Source: Polyangiaceae bacterium
Lineage (GTDB): Bacteria; Myxococcota_A; Polyangia; Polyangiales; Polyangiaceae
Assembly: GCA_965222375.1 (NCBI GenBank)
Contig: CBDCTZ010000014.1
Location: 704,001-768,000, forward strand
Direction of reading: 5' to 3'
Length of the DNA stretch: 64,000 nucleotides
Position numbers and translations under genes: made by a program. The notes beneath the pieces are model-generated. The model had not been told where the DNA came from. It did not search any database and worked only from the letters and a program-made list of their open reading frames with translations. Of this stretch, positions 20,585-30,838 are shown piece by piece. Positions within the stretch are counted from its first letter, which is position 1. Each line of letters starts with the position of its first letter.

Positions 20585-22357
20585 TCAGAGTCCTTGAGTC
20601 TCGAGCCACAGTTCGAGCAGTGCCAGCTGCCAAAGCTTGGAGCCCCGCAGTGGCGTCAGATGAGCGTCGGGGTCCTTCAAGAGACCAGCCACGTAGCCCT
20701 GCTGAAACCAGCCTCGCTGCTTGAAGCGGTCCCCGGTGACTGCGTCTCGCACCAACTCCAAGAACGGCCCCCGCAAATACTTGAGTGCTGGCACCGGGAA
20801 ATATCCCTTGGGACGGTCGATGACTTCCGCAGGGATCACCCGGCGCGACGCCTCTTTGAGCACGTATTTACCGTCACCTTCGACCTTGAGTTCGGCTGGT
20901 ATGCGCGCTGCGAGCTCGACGACTTCATGATCCAGGAAGGGTACCCGCGCCTCCAGGCCGAAAGCCATGGTCATGTTGTCCACTCGCTTGACCGGATCGT
21001 CCACGAGCATGACGGTCGTGTCGATCCGCAGCGCCTTGTCGACCGCGCGTGAGGCGCCGGGATGAGCAAAGTGGTCCTGCACGAACTGCCGACTCGCGTC
21101 CTGCGCCAGCACGTCCGGTGACAGCAGCTGCGCCATTTCCGCTTGGTCCCGGTCGAGGAACACCCGCGCGTAGTCGCTGACCGCGTCCTGGCTTTTCAAC
21201 AGCGGCGGGTACCAATGGTAGCCGGCAAAGATCTCGTCAGCGCCTTGGCCACTCTGCACCACCTTGACGTATTTTTTCACTTCCTCGGACAGCAGGTAGA
21301 AGCCGATGTTGTCGTGGCTGACCATCGGTTCGCTCATTTGCTGAATGCAGCGCTGAAGGCTGGGCAGGGCGCGGGCCGAATCGACGAAGATCTTGTGATG
21401 GGTCGTGGCGAAACGCTCAGCAACGATGTCCGAGTACTGGAACTCGTCTCCGCGCTCTTGCCCCACGGTTTCGAAGCCGATGGAGAACGTTTCCAGGCCT
21501 TTCTGACCCGCTTCAGCAAGCAGGCCGACTACCAAGCTGGAGTCGAGCCCGCCGGAGAGCAATACGCCAACGGGCACGTCAGCCACGAGTCGACGCTTGA
21601 CCGCATCGCGCAGGCACGCGAGTACGCGCTCCTGCCAGTCTTCGAAGGAGAGCTTGGCCTCCTCGGGTCGTGGATTGAATACTGGCTCCCAATAGCGGCG
21701 CTCTTCGCGACTGCCGTCGGCACGGACGCGTAGCAGCGATGCCGGAGGGAGCTTCTTCACGCCCCGCAGTAGGGTGCGTGGCGGCGGGACAACCGAGTGG
21801 AAGCTCAGGTAGTGGTGCAGCCCCACGGTATCCACGCGAGTGTCCACGCCACCGGCGGCCACGAGAGCCGGCAGCGTCGAGGCGAAGCGCAGCCCCCCGT
21901 CCACCTCGGCGAAGTACATCGGCTTGATCCCGAGGCGGTCGCGGCCTAGCAGCACTTCGCCGCTGTCTCGCTCGACGATGGCGAAGGCAAACATGCCCTG
22001 TAGCCTGTCCACGAAGCTGTCGCCAAACGCGTGATAGGCCTTGAGGATGACCTCCGTGTCGCCTTGGGAAAAGAAGCGGTAGCCCTTGCCCTCCAGTTCC
22101 TGGCGCAACTCGCGGTAGTTGTAGATTGCGCCGTTGTAGACGATGGCGAGCCCGAGTTCCGAGTCCACCATCGGTTGGCGCGCGCTCTCACTCAGGTCGA
22201 TGATCTTGAGGCGGCGGTGTCCAAGAGCAACCCGGCCATAGGCGGCCAGCCCCGATGCATCCGGTCCTCGCGGCGAAAGGACGTGCATTATCTCGTCCAC
22301 GGCTTCTAGGGAGGGCCGCTGCCCATCGAAGCGAATCTCGCCGCATATTCCACACAC
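20585..22357 (-). CDS. asnO: N-acetylglutaminylglutamine amidotransferase (asparagine synthase-like)
   Basis: GTG start after AGGAGG gives the Ntn N-terminus MCGICGE. LSGGLDSS, SGQGADE, DDPVKRVD. Confidence 0.93.
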   Translation of the reverse strand: MCGICGEIRFDGQRPSLEAVDEIMHVLSPRGPDASGLAAYGRVALGHRRLKIIDLSESARQPMVDSELGLAIVYNGAIYNYRELRQELEGKGYRFFSQGDTEVILKAYHAFGDSFVDRLQGMFAFAIVERDSGEVLLGRDRLGIKPMYFAEVDGGLRFASTLPALVAAGGVDTRVDTVGLHHYLSFHSVVPPPRTLLRGVKKLPPASLLRVRADGSREERRYWEPVFNPRPEEAKLSFEDWQERVLACLRDAVKRRLVADVPVGVLLSGGLDSSLVVGLLAEAGQKGLETFSIGFETVGQERGDEFQYSDIVAERFATTHHKIFVDSARALPSLQRCIQQMSEPMVSHDNIGFYLLSEEVKKYVKVVQSGQGADEIFAGYHWYPPLLKSQDAVSDYARVFLDRDQAEMAQLLSPDVLAQDASRQFVQDHFAHPGASRAVDKALRIDTTVMLVDDPVKRVDNMTMAFGLEARVPFLDHEVVELAARIPAELKVEGDGKYVLKEASRRVIPAEVIDRPKGYFPVPALKYLRGPFLELVRDAVTGDRFKQRGWFQQGYVAGLLKDPDAHLTPLRGSKLWQLALLELWLETQGL

Positions 22358-22491
22358 GCGATGCTGCCTCCTGTGCCGCGCGCTATCACGCGCGACGTCA
22401 GCGATTGCCGCAGGTGCGCTGGCGCGCGGACGGCGCTTGAGGGCGGGTCTATACCAACCCACTCAGAGAGTGTCCAGGCGGCGGGAGGCTG

Positions 22492-23295
22492 CTAATTCGG
22501 CGGATTTATCTGGGCCTCGATGAGGGCGTAGAGGCGCTGACGCATTGGTGCGCTGATGCTGTGGCCGACGTCCGAGAAGCCTTCGAACTCGGCTGCGTAT
22601 CCCGCTGCTTTCATGCCCGCGATCGCCTCCGCCGCCGCGTCGCCGCTCACAAGCGGATCGACGTGTCCGTGAAGGGCGACGACTTTGGGCGGTCGCTTCG
22701 CAGCCAGACTCTTCGAGACGGGCGCCTTCGGGAGCAATGCTTTGGGGAGCAACCCGCCAACGGGAAACGCCGCGCCCACGACTTCGGCATGTTGCGCCGC
22801 GATCGTGAAGCTCAGCATGCCCCCTTGGGAAAAGCCCGTGACGATGGGGCGACCTCGGGTCGGGTGCTGTTTTTGCAGGGCTTGGATCTCTTTTGCGACC
22901 ATCGCTGCTGGCGCGCGGAGCGCCGTGGCTCGTTCGTCATCGCTTGCGTTGGCACGAAACGGAAACCAGGAAAAGCCATTCGAGTAGGGAGTAGGCGCGC
23001 GTAGCATCACAAAACGCGCCGGCAGGGAGAATCCAGAAAACAGGTTCGCGAAGCTCTCTGGGCGGTCGCCCAGGCCGTGCAACGCCACGATAAGGGGGAG
23101 TCGATCGGTGGCTTTCGCGTTGCCCGTGATTCGATGCACGGCTTGCAGGCGCGTGCTGGGCCGGGCGGATGGCGCCGCGCTCGGTGTCGTGGCTGCGGCT
23201 CGTCGCTGGCGTGCTTCGGGCTCGCCGGTGCGGTCGCAGGCGACGGCTCCGGCAAAGACGGCAACCCAACTCAAAGTCAGCGCACGTCGCAACAT
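22492..23295 (-). CDS. Phospholipase/carboxylesterase family lipoprotein
   Basis: Lipobox AVAC, LHGLG, GFSQGG, HGxxD, GHS. Confidence 0.85.
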   Translation of the reverse strand: MLRRALTLSWVAVFAGAVACDRTGEPEARQRRAAATTPSAAPSARPSTRLQAVHRITGNAKATDRLPLIVALHGLGDRPESFANLFSGFSLPARFVMLRAPTPYSNGFSWFPFRANASDDERATALRAPAAMVAKEIQALQKQHPTRGRPIVTGFSQGGMLSFTIAAQHAEVVGAAFPVGGLLPKALLPKAPVSKSLAAKRPPKVVALHGHVDPLVSGDAAAEAIAGMKAAGYAAEFEGFSDVGHSISAPMRQRLYALIEAQINPPN

Positions 23296-23490
23296 TCGCT
23301 CCGATTCAAGCACGGATTCGTCGCAGCTGCTGATTGTCAAGCATCAGGAACCCGACCGGTAGAAGGCTTGGGCGGCGCGGGAACGATTTCGTCTGTGAGG
23401 CGGAATAATCGCCCATTGCTCGTCATCGAACGGTTGCAGGTTTCGTGAAACCGCGGATGCGCTACAATCGTTGTCGAAGGAGTCTTTGCT

Positions 23491-24705
23491 TTGCGCATTC
23501 GCCGAATCTTCGAGCTGGGGGGACTTTGCCTTGCGCTGGGCTGTAGCAGTTCAGAGTCGAGCGAGGGCTTCCAGCCAGCCGGAGGAGGCACGGCGCTAGG
23601 CGGAAACGCGGGCCTCGGCGGTTCTGGCGGCGTCTTACCCAGCGGTGGCGGCGTTGGCAACGTCAGTAGTGGCGGCGTTGGTAATGTTGGTAGCGGTGGG
23701 ACGCCCGCTGGGGGCAGTGGTGGGCAAAGCGGGAGCGGCGGCGCTGCAGGCACGCCGGGCTGCGCGCCCATGCCGAAGTGCGATGGCCCCCTGCCCAGCG
23801 TGGGCCCTAAACGCCCATGGAAGGACCCGGTTGGGTCTGGGCTCATCGTACTGACGGGCTTCGACAATCACCGCGGTCGGGACATGGTCCTGACCGAAAT
23901 CGAGGAGCAGTGGGTCATCGGAAAGTTCGCCTACGGCGTGATCGACAAAGACCTCAAAGGGGAGGAAGTCGACATTTGGCTCAACCGGGACTGCGGTGCG
24001 AACTGGGAGAAGCTCGGGACCGCCCTGACCACCAAGACCGATGGGCAGCACCCGACAGTGATGGGCGTGACGGACAGCGGCGGTCGCGTCTACTTCAAGA
24101 TCCCCGCCGCAAAACGACTCGGCGTGGGGCGGCACCGCTTTCGATTGGTCGTGGCTGGCGACCTCAGTGGCGCCGACATGTACATCGAAGTCGTGCCGAA
24201 GGGCACCCACTACTTCGTCACCGACGTCGACGGCACGCTCACGACCAAAGAGACCGAGGAGTACAACGCGCTGTTGACGGCGAGCGTGTCGGATTCGAAC
24301 GTCGACGCGGCCAAGGCGCTGTCTCTGCTAGCTTCGAGAGGCTACCGGCCGATGTACTTGACCGCGAGACCCGAGTTTCTCGTGGGCCGCACCCGGGAGT
24401 TCATCAAGAAGCACGGTTACCCACTGGGGGTGGTTCGAACCACGACTGGCTTGGGTGCGTTGGGCTCGGCGGCGGTCGGATTCAAGCGGCCCGAGATAGA
24501 CGCCCTCATCAGCAACGGGTTCATCGTGGATTGGGGCTTCGGCAATACGGATTCCGACGCAGAAGCGTTCTTCTTGGCCAATCTGCAACCCGCCAATCAA
24601 CGCGTCATGTTCCAGTACACGGATAGCGCGCATGGGGCTCGGCGCATCGAGGCGTACACCGAGCTTCTGAGCGAATTCGGCGCATTGCCGAATCTATGCC
24701 CGTAG
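23491..24705 (+). CDS. Lipoprotein with LNS2/PITP-like HAD domain
   Basis: Lipobox LALGC, Gly-rich linker, DVDGTL, YLTARP, FGNTDSD. Confidence 0.75.
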   Translation: MRIRRIFELGGLCLALGCSSSESSEGFQPAGGGTALGGNAGLGGSGGVLPSGGGVGNVSSGGVGNVGSGGTPAGGSGGQSGSGGAAGTPGCAPMPKCDGPLPSVGPKRPWKDPVGSGLIVLTGFDNHRGRDMVLTEIEEQWVIGKFAYGVIDKDLKGEEVDIWLNRDCGANWEKLGTALTTKTDGQHPTVMGVTDSGGRVYFKIPAAKRLGVGRHRFRLVVAGDLSGADMYIEVVPKGTHYFVTDVDGTLTTKETEEYNALLTASVSDSNVDAAKALSLLASRGYRPMYLTARPEFLVGRTREFIKKHGYPLGVVRTTTGLGALGSAAVGFKRPEIDALISNGFIVDWGFGNTDSDAEAFFLANLQPANQRVMFQYTDSAHGARRIEAYTELLSEFGALPNLCP

Positions 24706-24766
24706 AACTCGAATACCCGGCCCTCCAGGGGTCGCGCTGGGCTCTTGGGAGCCTTACGTTGTTCTC

Positions 24767-25921
24767 ATGCGTTGGTCCCTGACGGTCGCGCGCGTTCGCG
24801 GCATCGACATCAAGGTTCACGCTACGTTTGTCTTTCTGCTGCTGTTGGGCGCGGTCCAATGGGGCGTGCCTCACGGACTATCTGGGGCGGTTTTTGGAGC
24901 GTTGCTCCTGTTGGTGGTGTTCGCCTGTGTGGCCTTGCACGAGCTGGGACATAGCGTCGTGGCGCAGAGTGTCGGCGTCCAAGTGCGCGAGATCCTGCTT
25001 TTGCCCATCGGCGGCGTCGCGCGGCTCACCCGTGACCCTTCTCGGCCATGGCACGAGCTGCTGATCGCCATGGCGGGTCCGCTGGTCAACGTCGTCCTGG
25101 CGATCGGGGTCTTCGTCTCGGGACGTGTGCTGCTTGGGCCGGCTTGGTTCGACGAGGGGCTCTGGTATTCAGGCCTGCTACTGCCGCCCTCGGGCGTGAC
25201 CTTCCTGGCTTCTCTGCTGTGGGCCAACGTCGGCTTGGCGGTCTTCAACATGTTTCCAGCGCTGCCCATGGACGGTGGCCGAGTGCTGCGCGCCGTGCTG
25301 GCGATGGCGGTGGGCCAGCTCCGGGCGACCATCGTTGCCGCTGGGATCGGGCGCGCGCTGGCGCTGGTTCTCGGCATCTTCGGACTCTTCGCGCAAAACC
25401 CGATTCTGGTCTTGATCGCGGCGTTCGTGTTTTTTGCCGCAGGGCGCGAACGGCAAGCCGTCGAAGCCAAGGCGTGGCTGTCCAGCCTCACGCCGCGTGC
25501 GGTTTGCGAGCCAGAGCTGCCGGTGCTCGAACCGGGGGCGACTCTAGGCGCAGCGGCCGCGGTTGCCATGCGTACGGCGTCATCGGTGTTCGCGGTCACG
25601 CTTGGAGAAAGCGTGGTTGGCGCCATCTCTCGAACCCAAATTGCCAGTGCCCTCGAACGTCGGGGGCCTCATGCTTATGTGGCCGAGGTGATGACGCGCC
25701 AGCTCCTGACGGCATCCGCGGATGACTCGTTGTTGGAAGTGCATCACTCAATGATGCTGAGCGGGCAGCCGGTCCTGATCCTTGATGGCCACCAGGTCAT
25801 CGGAATCATTGGTCAGGACGAGATTGGGCGCGTGCTTGCCCTGTCGCGTCACGTTTCCCGCTTTGGGCGAAAGGCGCGGGCACCGTCAGTACCTGCGGTG
25901 AAACGCAGTCGCGTACCGTAG
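24767..25921 (+). CDS. Site-2 protease (M50) with CBS domains
   Basis: HELGH, NMFPALPMDGGR, C-terminal CBS pair. Confidence 0.93.
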   Translation: MRWSLTVARVRGIDIKVHATFVFLLLLGAVQWGVPHGLSGAVFGALLLLVVFACVALHELGHSVVAQSVGVQVREILLLPIGGVARLTRDPSRPWHELLIAMAGPLVNVVLAIGVFVSGRVLLGPAWFDEGLWYSGLLLPPSGVTFLASLLWANVGLAVFNMFPALPMDGGRVLRAVLAMAVGQLRATIVAAGIGRALALVLGIFGLFAQNPILVLIAAFVFFAAGRERQAVEAKAWLSSLTPRAVCEPELPVLEPGATLGAAAAVAMRTASSVFAVTLGESVVGAISRTQIASALERRGPHAYVAEVMTRQLLTASADDSLLEVHHSMMLSGQPVLILDGHQVIGIIGQDEIGRVLALSRHVSRFGRKARAPSVPAVKRSRVP

Positions 25922-25931
25922 CGCGGGAGCC

Positions 25932-26756
25932 ATGAGCCCTTCTGCGCCCAAGCTGTCGCGTCGTACGTTGCTCTTTGGCGCGGCCTCGTTGCCAGTGGTG
26001 GCGGCGTTGGATGCCTTTGGCATCGAGCCACGCTGGCTCGACGTCACGAGGCACGACGTGCCGGTCCCGAGTTTGCCCAGCTCCATGCAAGGCCTAACCA
26101 TCGCTCAGCTCACGGACGTTCATCTGTCTTCGCTGGGCAGCCTCGAACACAGCGTGGTCGAGGCCCTGCGCGCCGCCAGCCCGCAGATCGTCGTACTCAC
26201 CGGGGACGCCATAGATAGTGCCGACAAGCTTCCCGTGCTCGCGCAGCTGGCTGCGGAACTCGCCTCCACCGGCGCGCGGCTTTTTGGCCTGGCGGGCAAT
26301 TGGGAGCATTGGGGCAAGATCGCCTTGGGCGCCCTGGCGCTGACCTACAAGAAGGCAGGTGGCGAGCTGTTGGTCAACGAGTCGGTTAGCGTGCACGGCG
26401 TGAGCATCGCTGGCACCGACGATGGTTTGGCCGGGCGACCCGATTTCGCGCGGGTGTTTGGTGATACTCGGCGCGAAGCGTCGCTCCTCTTGACCCATAG
26501 CCCTGCATTGCTCGACACCGCTCCGACCGACGCACCGCGCTTTGCCTTGGCCCTGGCCGGGCATACCCACGGTGGTCAGGGGCGCATCGGTCCCTTTGCG
26601 CCCCTGGTCCCGCCCGGAAGCGGGCGCTTCGTTGCGGGCTTCTACGAGACGCGGTTGGGTCGCGCCTACGTGAGCCGAGGGCTGGGCACGAGCGTGTTGC
26701 CGGCACGGTTCGCTTGTCGCCCCGAGCTTCCGATTTTCCGTCTGGTGCGGGGCTAG
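25932..26756 (+). CDS. Metallophosphoesterase (YkuE-like) with Tat-like signal
   Basis: SRRTLL, TDVH, TGD, GNWE, GHTHGGQ. Confidence 0.9.
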   Translation: MSPSAPKLSRRTLLFGAASLPVVAALDAFGIEPRWLDVTRHDVPVPSLPSSMQGLTIAQLTDVHLSSLGSLEHSVVEALRAASPQIVVLTGDAIDSADKLPVLAQLAAELASTGARLFGLAGNWEHWGKIALGALALTYKKAGGELLVNESVSVHGVSIAGTDDGLAGRPDFARVFGDTRREASLLLTHSPALLDTAPTDAPRFALALAGHTHGGQGRIGPFAPLVPPGSGRFVAGFYETRLGRAYVSRGLGTSVLPARFACRPELPIFRLVRG

Positions 26757-26811
26757 GCGCATTCGAGCAGAGGCTGGCGCTTCTGCTGTCGTCGTGTAAG
26801 TTCCCTGCGTC

Positions 26812-27435
26812 ATGAGCGACAGCAGCGAGCCGGGAGCAGGGCGCCGCCACCGTGCCGAAGGGCTGCTCCAGGCGCCCACCGGGCAGCGCTGGGCGGCAGT
26901 GGCTGCAGACGACCTGGACGCAACCCTCGCGGACCATGCCCATTGCGAGAAGAAGGCGTCGGCAAGCGCCATCGCACTGATCAACGACTACCCGGACGAC
27001 GCCGAGTTGGTGACCGCGCTGTGTCGCTTGGCGGAAGAAGAGATCGGGCATTTTCGCCAAGTGCACGAGCGCCTGCTCGCGCGACGGGCCGTGCTCGGTC
27101 GAGACGCGGGCGACCCCTACGCGCGTGCACTGCTGGCTCTGGTGCGGCGCCCCAACGACGAACGCAAGCTCGATCGCCTGCTGGTGTGCGCACTGATTGA
27201 AGCGCGTTCTTGCGAGCGGTTTCGCTTGCTACGCGAAGAGCTCGAGCGCCGCGGGCAGACCGAGTTGGCCACGTGGTTTCGCAGCCTGGAAGGCAGCGAA
27301 GCGGGGCACGCGACCCTCTTCGTCAAGCTGGCGGAAGATCGTTTTGGCGACGCCGCGAGCAGCCGGCTCACGGAGCTCGCGGAAAGAGAAGCCCAAATCG
27401 TTGCCGCTCTTCCAACGGTCGCTCGAGTGCACTAG
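26812..27435 (+). CDS. miaE: tRNA-(ms2io6A)-hydroxylase
   Basis: DHAHCEKKA, EEIGHF, LIEARSCERF, SEAGH. Confidence 0.92.
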   Translation: MSDSSEPGAGRRHRAEGLLQAPTGQRWAAVAADDLDATLADHAHCEKKASASAIALINDYPDDAELVTALCRLAEEEIGHFRQVHERLLARRAVLGRDAGDPYARALLALVRRPNDERKLDRLLVCALIEARSCERFRLLREELERRGQTELATWFRSLEGSEAGHATLFVKLAEDRFGDAASSRLTELAEREAQIVAALPTVARVH

Positions 27436-27443
27436 CTGGCCTC

Positions 27444-29093
27444 TCAGACCCGGCTCGCCACCGTCAGCTGGAGGTTGTCAATGGGTTCGGGTGCCTGCCG
27501 CGCTCGGAGTAAAGCCGGCTGGTGCCGCTTCCACCAAGCCTGGGCAAGTTCGTCGGTCCAAACTGCCGAGAGCTGTAGCGCATCGAGGCGGCGCACGAGC
27601 TCCTCTGCACTCGCGGGTCGCTCCGAAGGCTTTTTCGACAGGCACTGCAACAAGAGGCTTTCGAGATCTTCGGGTATTTCGCGATCGAGGCGGCGGGAGG
27701 GACGTTCCGGCTCCGTGTGAAGGTGATGAGCGCAAACCTCGACCACGCTTTCGGAGGGAAATACATCGACTCCGCTAATCAACAGGTAGCCCACCGCACC
27801 CAGGGAATAGAGATCGGAACGTTCCGTCATCGCATTCGGATCTCGAATCACTTCCGGTGCCATATACAAGGGCGAGCCAACCAGACGGTCCCGGCGGGTG
27901 ATGGTCGCGTCGTCGTCCCGGTGGCTTGGTCGGGCCAACCCGAAATCCAGCAGCTTGACAGCGTCGTGGTCGACGCCACGCCGGGTCAGCATGATGTTGG
28001 CCGGCTTGACGTCACGATGGATCAGGCCGACTTCATGGGCCTCTTGGAGTGCACTTGCGGCTTGTTTGAGTATGCGAACCACGCGCGCGGGGGGTTGGGC
28101 GCCGTCCACGTCGACAATTTCTGCGAGGGTAGCGCCATCGAGGTATTCCATCGCGTAGTAGAAGACCCCGTCATCGGTGCGGCCGTAGTCGTAGACCGTG
28201 ATGGTATTCGGATGGGTGAGCTCCGCGGTGAGCTGCACCTCTGACTCGAAACGCGCGACTGCGTCTTCAGTGAAATGATCTTGAGGAAGGAGCTTGATCG
28301 CGGTCGGACGCCTTAGGCGGGAGTGGCTCGCGCGGTACACCACACCCATGCCGCCCTCGCCGATTTTCTCCACAAGTGTGTACTGGCCAAGTCGCTGAGC
28401 ATCCCGCACCTCGCGTCGCAGGCCATAGATGACGACCGACGTTGCGACGCACGCTGCGGTGACGACGGCCCACCAGATCCCGAAGCTAACCACGTCTCCT
28501 GTCAGGCTAGGCGTTGCTCGCAGTGCAAGCTGGCCACCAGTCGCCGGGGCAACAAATGCCGGCACGAGCACATAGGGCAGCCCGAGAACGCCGGTGACAA
28601 AGAGCGTGAACACAGGCGGCGACGGGATAACGGCCGCGCGGAAGGCGAAGATGATGGCCCCCCCCAGCATCATCAGCGTGCTCGTGTAGATGTCGACAAG
28701 CCCGGCCTCAGCTGCTGACGCTGGGAGCGAACTGCCTTGGCTGGCGACCATTTCGGGCAAGAGTTGAACCGCGAGGAAACGGCCGAGCAGAGCGACGAAC
28801 ACTGTAGTCAATCCAGCGACGCCGGCGTCGATCGCGCGCAGCCACCGGATGGAGTGCTCTCCCCGGGAGCAGACCAACCACATCGCTGCCATCAACACCA
28901 TGACCGCGTGATCGAGAAACCAGGCTAGACTGAAAGGGTCTGCTGGAGTTCCGGTTGCGATGCTGACGGCGGTACTCGCTACCGAGAGGAAGAATGCCCA
29001 CTTGGCGAATTGCGCCAGGCGCTGCTGGAGAAACGCTCGCTCCTGCTCATCGTGCGGCTTTGCGCTCTCCGGGCCTAGCACTGCGAAAGTCAT
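27444..29093 (-). CDS. Membrane-anchored Ser/Thr protein kinase
   Basis: N-terminal TMs. GEGGMG, HRDVKPAN, DFGL, YMAPE. Confidence 0.93.
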   Translation of the reverse strand: MTFAVLGPESAKPHDEQERAFLQQRLAQFAKWAFFLSVASTAVSIATGTPADPFSLAWFLDHAVMVLMAAMWLVCSRGEHSIRWLRAIDAGVAGLTTVFVALLGRFLAVQLLPEMVASQGSSLPASAAEAGLVDIYTSTLMMLGGAIIFAFRAAVIPSPPVFTLFVTGVLGLPYVLVPAFVAPATGGQLALRATPSLTGDVVSFGIWWAVVTAACVATSVVIYGLRREVRDAQRLGQYTLVEKIGEGGMGVVYRASHSRLRRPTAIKLLPQDHFTEDAVARFESEVQLTAELTHPNTITVYDYGRTDDGVFYYAMEYLDGATLAEIVDVDGAQPPARVVRILKQAASALQEAHEVGLIHRDVKPANIMLTRRGVDHDAVKLLDFGLARPSHRDDDATITRRDRLVGSPLYMAPEVIRDPNAMTERSDLYSLGAVGYLLISGVDVFPSESVVEVCAHHLHTEPERPSRRLDREIPEDLESLLLQCLSKKPSERPASAEELVRRLDALQLSAVWTDELAQAWWKRHQPALLRARQAPEPIDNLQLTVASRV

Positions 29094-29141
29094 AGACGAC
29101 TTGCATGGTTGCGACAATGCTCTCAGCGGTGGTCTGACCGC

Positions 29142-30161
29142 ATGGAAGACATTGTTCACTACTGCAGCAGGAGGCGTAGCGGGTCGGACCCGCGCGCACC
29201 CGCTCGACGTCGCCGCGCACCGCTGTTTGCCGTCGCGCTGTTTGCCGCCTCGGCGGAAGCGCAAGCACAGTTTCCTGATCTCGCAGACGCCAGTGCTCAA
29301 TACATGCCTCCGGTCGCACTGGAGGACCCACGACCGGCAAAGGTGCAGGTCTCCTCCTATGATGCTTCTTTGAACGCGCCGCTACCCCTCGGGGAACGAA
29401 CCTTCTTGGTTCCAGGGCTCGCCTACCACGTGGATTCGGTGTCCTTTTCCGACACACCGCCCGGCTTCATCGAGTTGCGCGCGTTCCATTCCCTCGAGCT
29501 GCCCGTTCTCTTCGTGCAGTTGCTGCCAGCCAACTGGGCTCTGTCGTTTCGGGTCGCTCCTGGCTTGGCCGGGGATATGGAAGCGGTGGATTCTGGCCTG
29601 TTTCGTGTCAGCGCACTTTCTCTGGTCACCTATTCTCCGTCGGATTCGCTAGTCGTCGGCGGCGGTGGCATCGTGAACTACGCCTTCGGCTCCCTGCTGC
29701 CACTGCCAGCTGCGTACATGGAGTACAAGCCCGCATCGTACTTCTCCGTGGAGACGTTCCTGCCGGCATTCGCCATTGCAAAGTTCAAGCTCGGCGATCG
29801 GATTGAACTTGGCGCTCGCGCAGAGGTGTCCGGCAATGCTTACGCAGTGCGAGCTTCAAGCATTGCAGACGCATGGCCCTGCCGGGCGGGCGTTGACGAT
29901 TCCGCCACGGCCGTGAACGAAGCCGTGGCTGTTCCGCGAGAGTGTATGGATCACGTGGCCTATTCGACGGCAAGTGCTGGGGTTGTGGCCGGCGTGCGCA
30001 TGGTCGGGTCCGCCTGGCTTTCGGCGTTCGCGGGACATTCGTTCTTCCGTCGCTTCGAACAGCTGAATACCGATGACCGCCGCATCTCGGGCGGGGTTCA
30101 GTCTTTGCCGAATGCGCCGGTGGTTCGCCTGGCCGCCACGTGGCGCATCCCTCGCGAGTAG
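29142..30161 (+). CDS. Probable outer-membrane beta-barrel protein (DUF6268-like)
   Basis: Signal peptide ending AEAQAQ, amphipathic beta strands, LPLP motif. Confidence 0.6.
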   Translation: MEDIVHYCSRRRSGSDPRAPARRRRAPLFAVALFAASAEAQAQFPDLADASAQYMPPVALEDPRPAKVQVSSYDASLNAPLPLGERTFLVPGLAYHVDSVSFSDTPPGFIELRAFHSLELPVLFVQLLPANWALSFRVAPGLAGDMEAVDSGLFRVSALSLVTYSPSDSLVVGGGGIVNYAFGSLLPLPAAYMEYKPASYFSVETFLPAFAIAKFKLGDRIELGARAEVSGNAYAVRASSIADAWPCRAGVDDSATAVNEAVAVPRECMDHVAYSTASAGVVAGVRMVGSAWLSAFAGHSFFRRFEQLNTDDRRISGGVQSLPNAPVVRLAATWRIPRE

Positions 30162-30181
30162 AGCTCGAGGCGCCTTGGGCA

Positions 30182-30838
30182 CTAACGTGGCTTGGGTTTG
30201 GGCCAGGGTGGGGTGCCCGTGCCGAGGGAGTAGCCGCGCTGGGTCAGCTTTTTGCGGCAGTCCGCACACAGATCGTATTCGCGATCTGAGGTCAGCACGC
30301 TGCCCTTGGCGTCCTCCATCAGGCAACCTCGATTGGGACAGTGGGGCAGGCCAAAGGTGTGACCGATCTCGTGCACGGCGACCTTGCCAAAGCGTTGACG
30401 AGCGTGAGCCTTGTTCTTGCTCCGGCGCTTGGTGCGGAAGGAAGACATGACGCAGCTCGTGTCGTCCATGTTGGCGAGCCCGAGAATGCCCCAATCCTTG
30501 TAGGGCTTCTTGGTCGTCGAGATGTCCACCGCAGTGATGCCGAGGACACGATAGGCATCTTTGGGTGCGCGCCTGTCCAGAAACTTCAGCAGCTTCTCGG
30601 CGCGGTATCGACGACGGGGCCGGTAGTACGCGCTCTTAGGCAGCGCGACTCGAGGCAAAACCCGAACTTCCATGTCGTAAAACACAGCCAGCGCGCGCGT
30701 CACCAGCTTTACGTCCGCTTCGGGCAACGCCTTGCCCAGGGGTTGCAGTGCGATGACGCGACGCGCTTCCTTGGCGTGTGCAAGGTCCGCCACGCCGAGG
30801 GCGGCAAGCACGCTCAAGAAGTTGCGACGTTTCATCAT
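30182..30838 (-). CDS. Archaemetzincin (M54) family Zn protease, Tat-like signal
   Basis: KRRNFL, HEIGHTFGLPHCPNRGCLM, C-terminal CxxC. Confidence 0.88.
   Translation of the reverse strand: MMKRRNFLSVLAALGVADLAHAKEARRVIALQPLGKALPEADVKLVTRALAVFYDMEVRVLPRVALPKSAYYRPRRRYRAEKLLKFLDRRAPKDAYRVLGITAVDISTTKKPYKDWGILGLANMDDTSCVMSSFRTKRRSKNKAHARQRFGKVAVHEIGHTFGLPHCPNRGCLMEDAKGSVLTSDREYDLCADCRKKLTQRGYSLGTGTPPWPKPKPR

Noticed and set aside
18850..20724. 624-aa plus-strand ORF
   Set aside because: Antisense shadow of ngg, typical of high-GC DNA, with no motifs.
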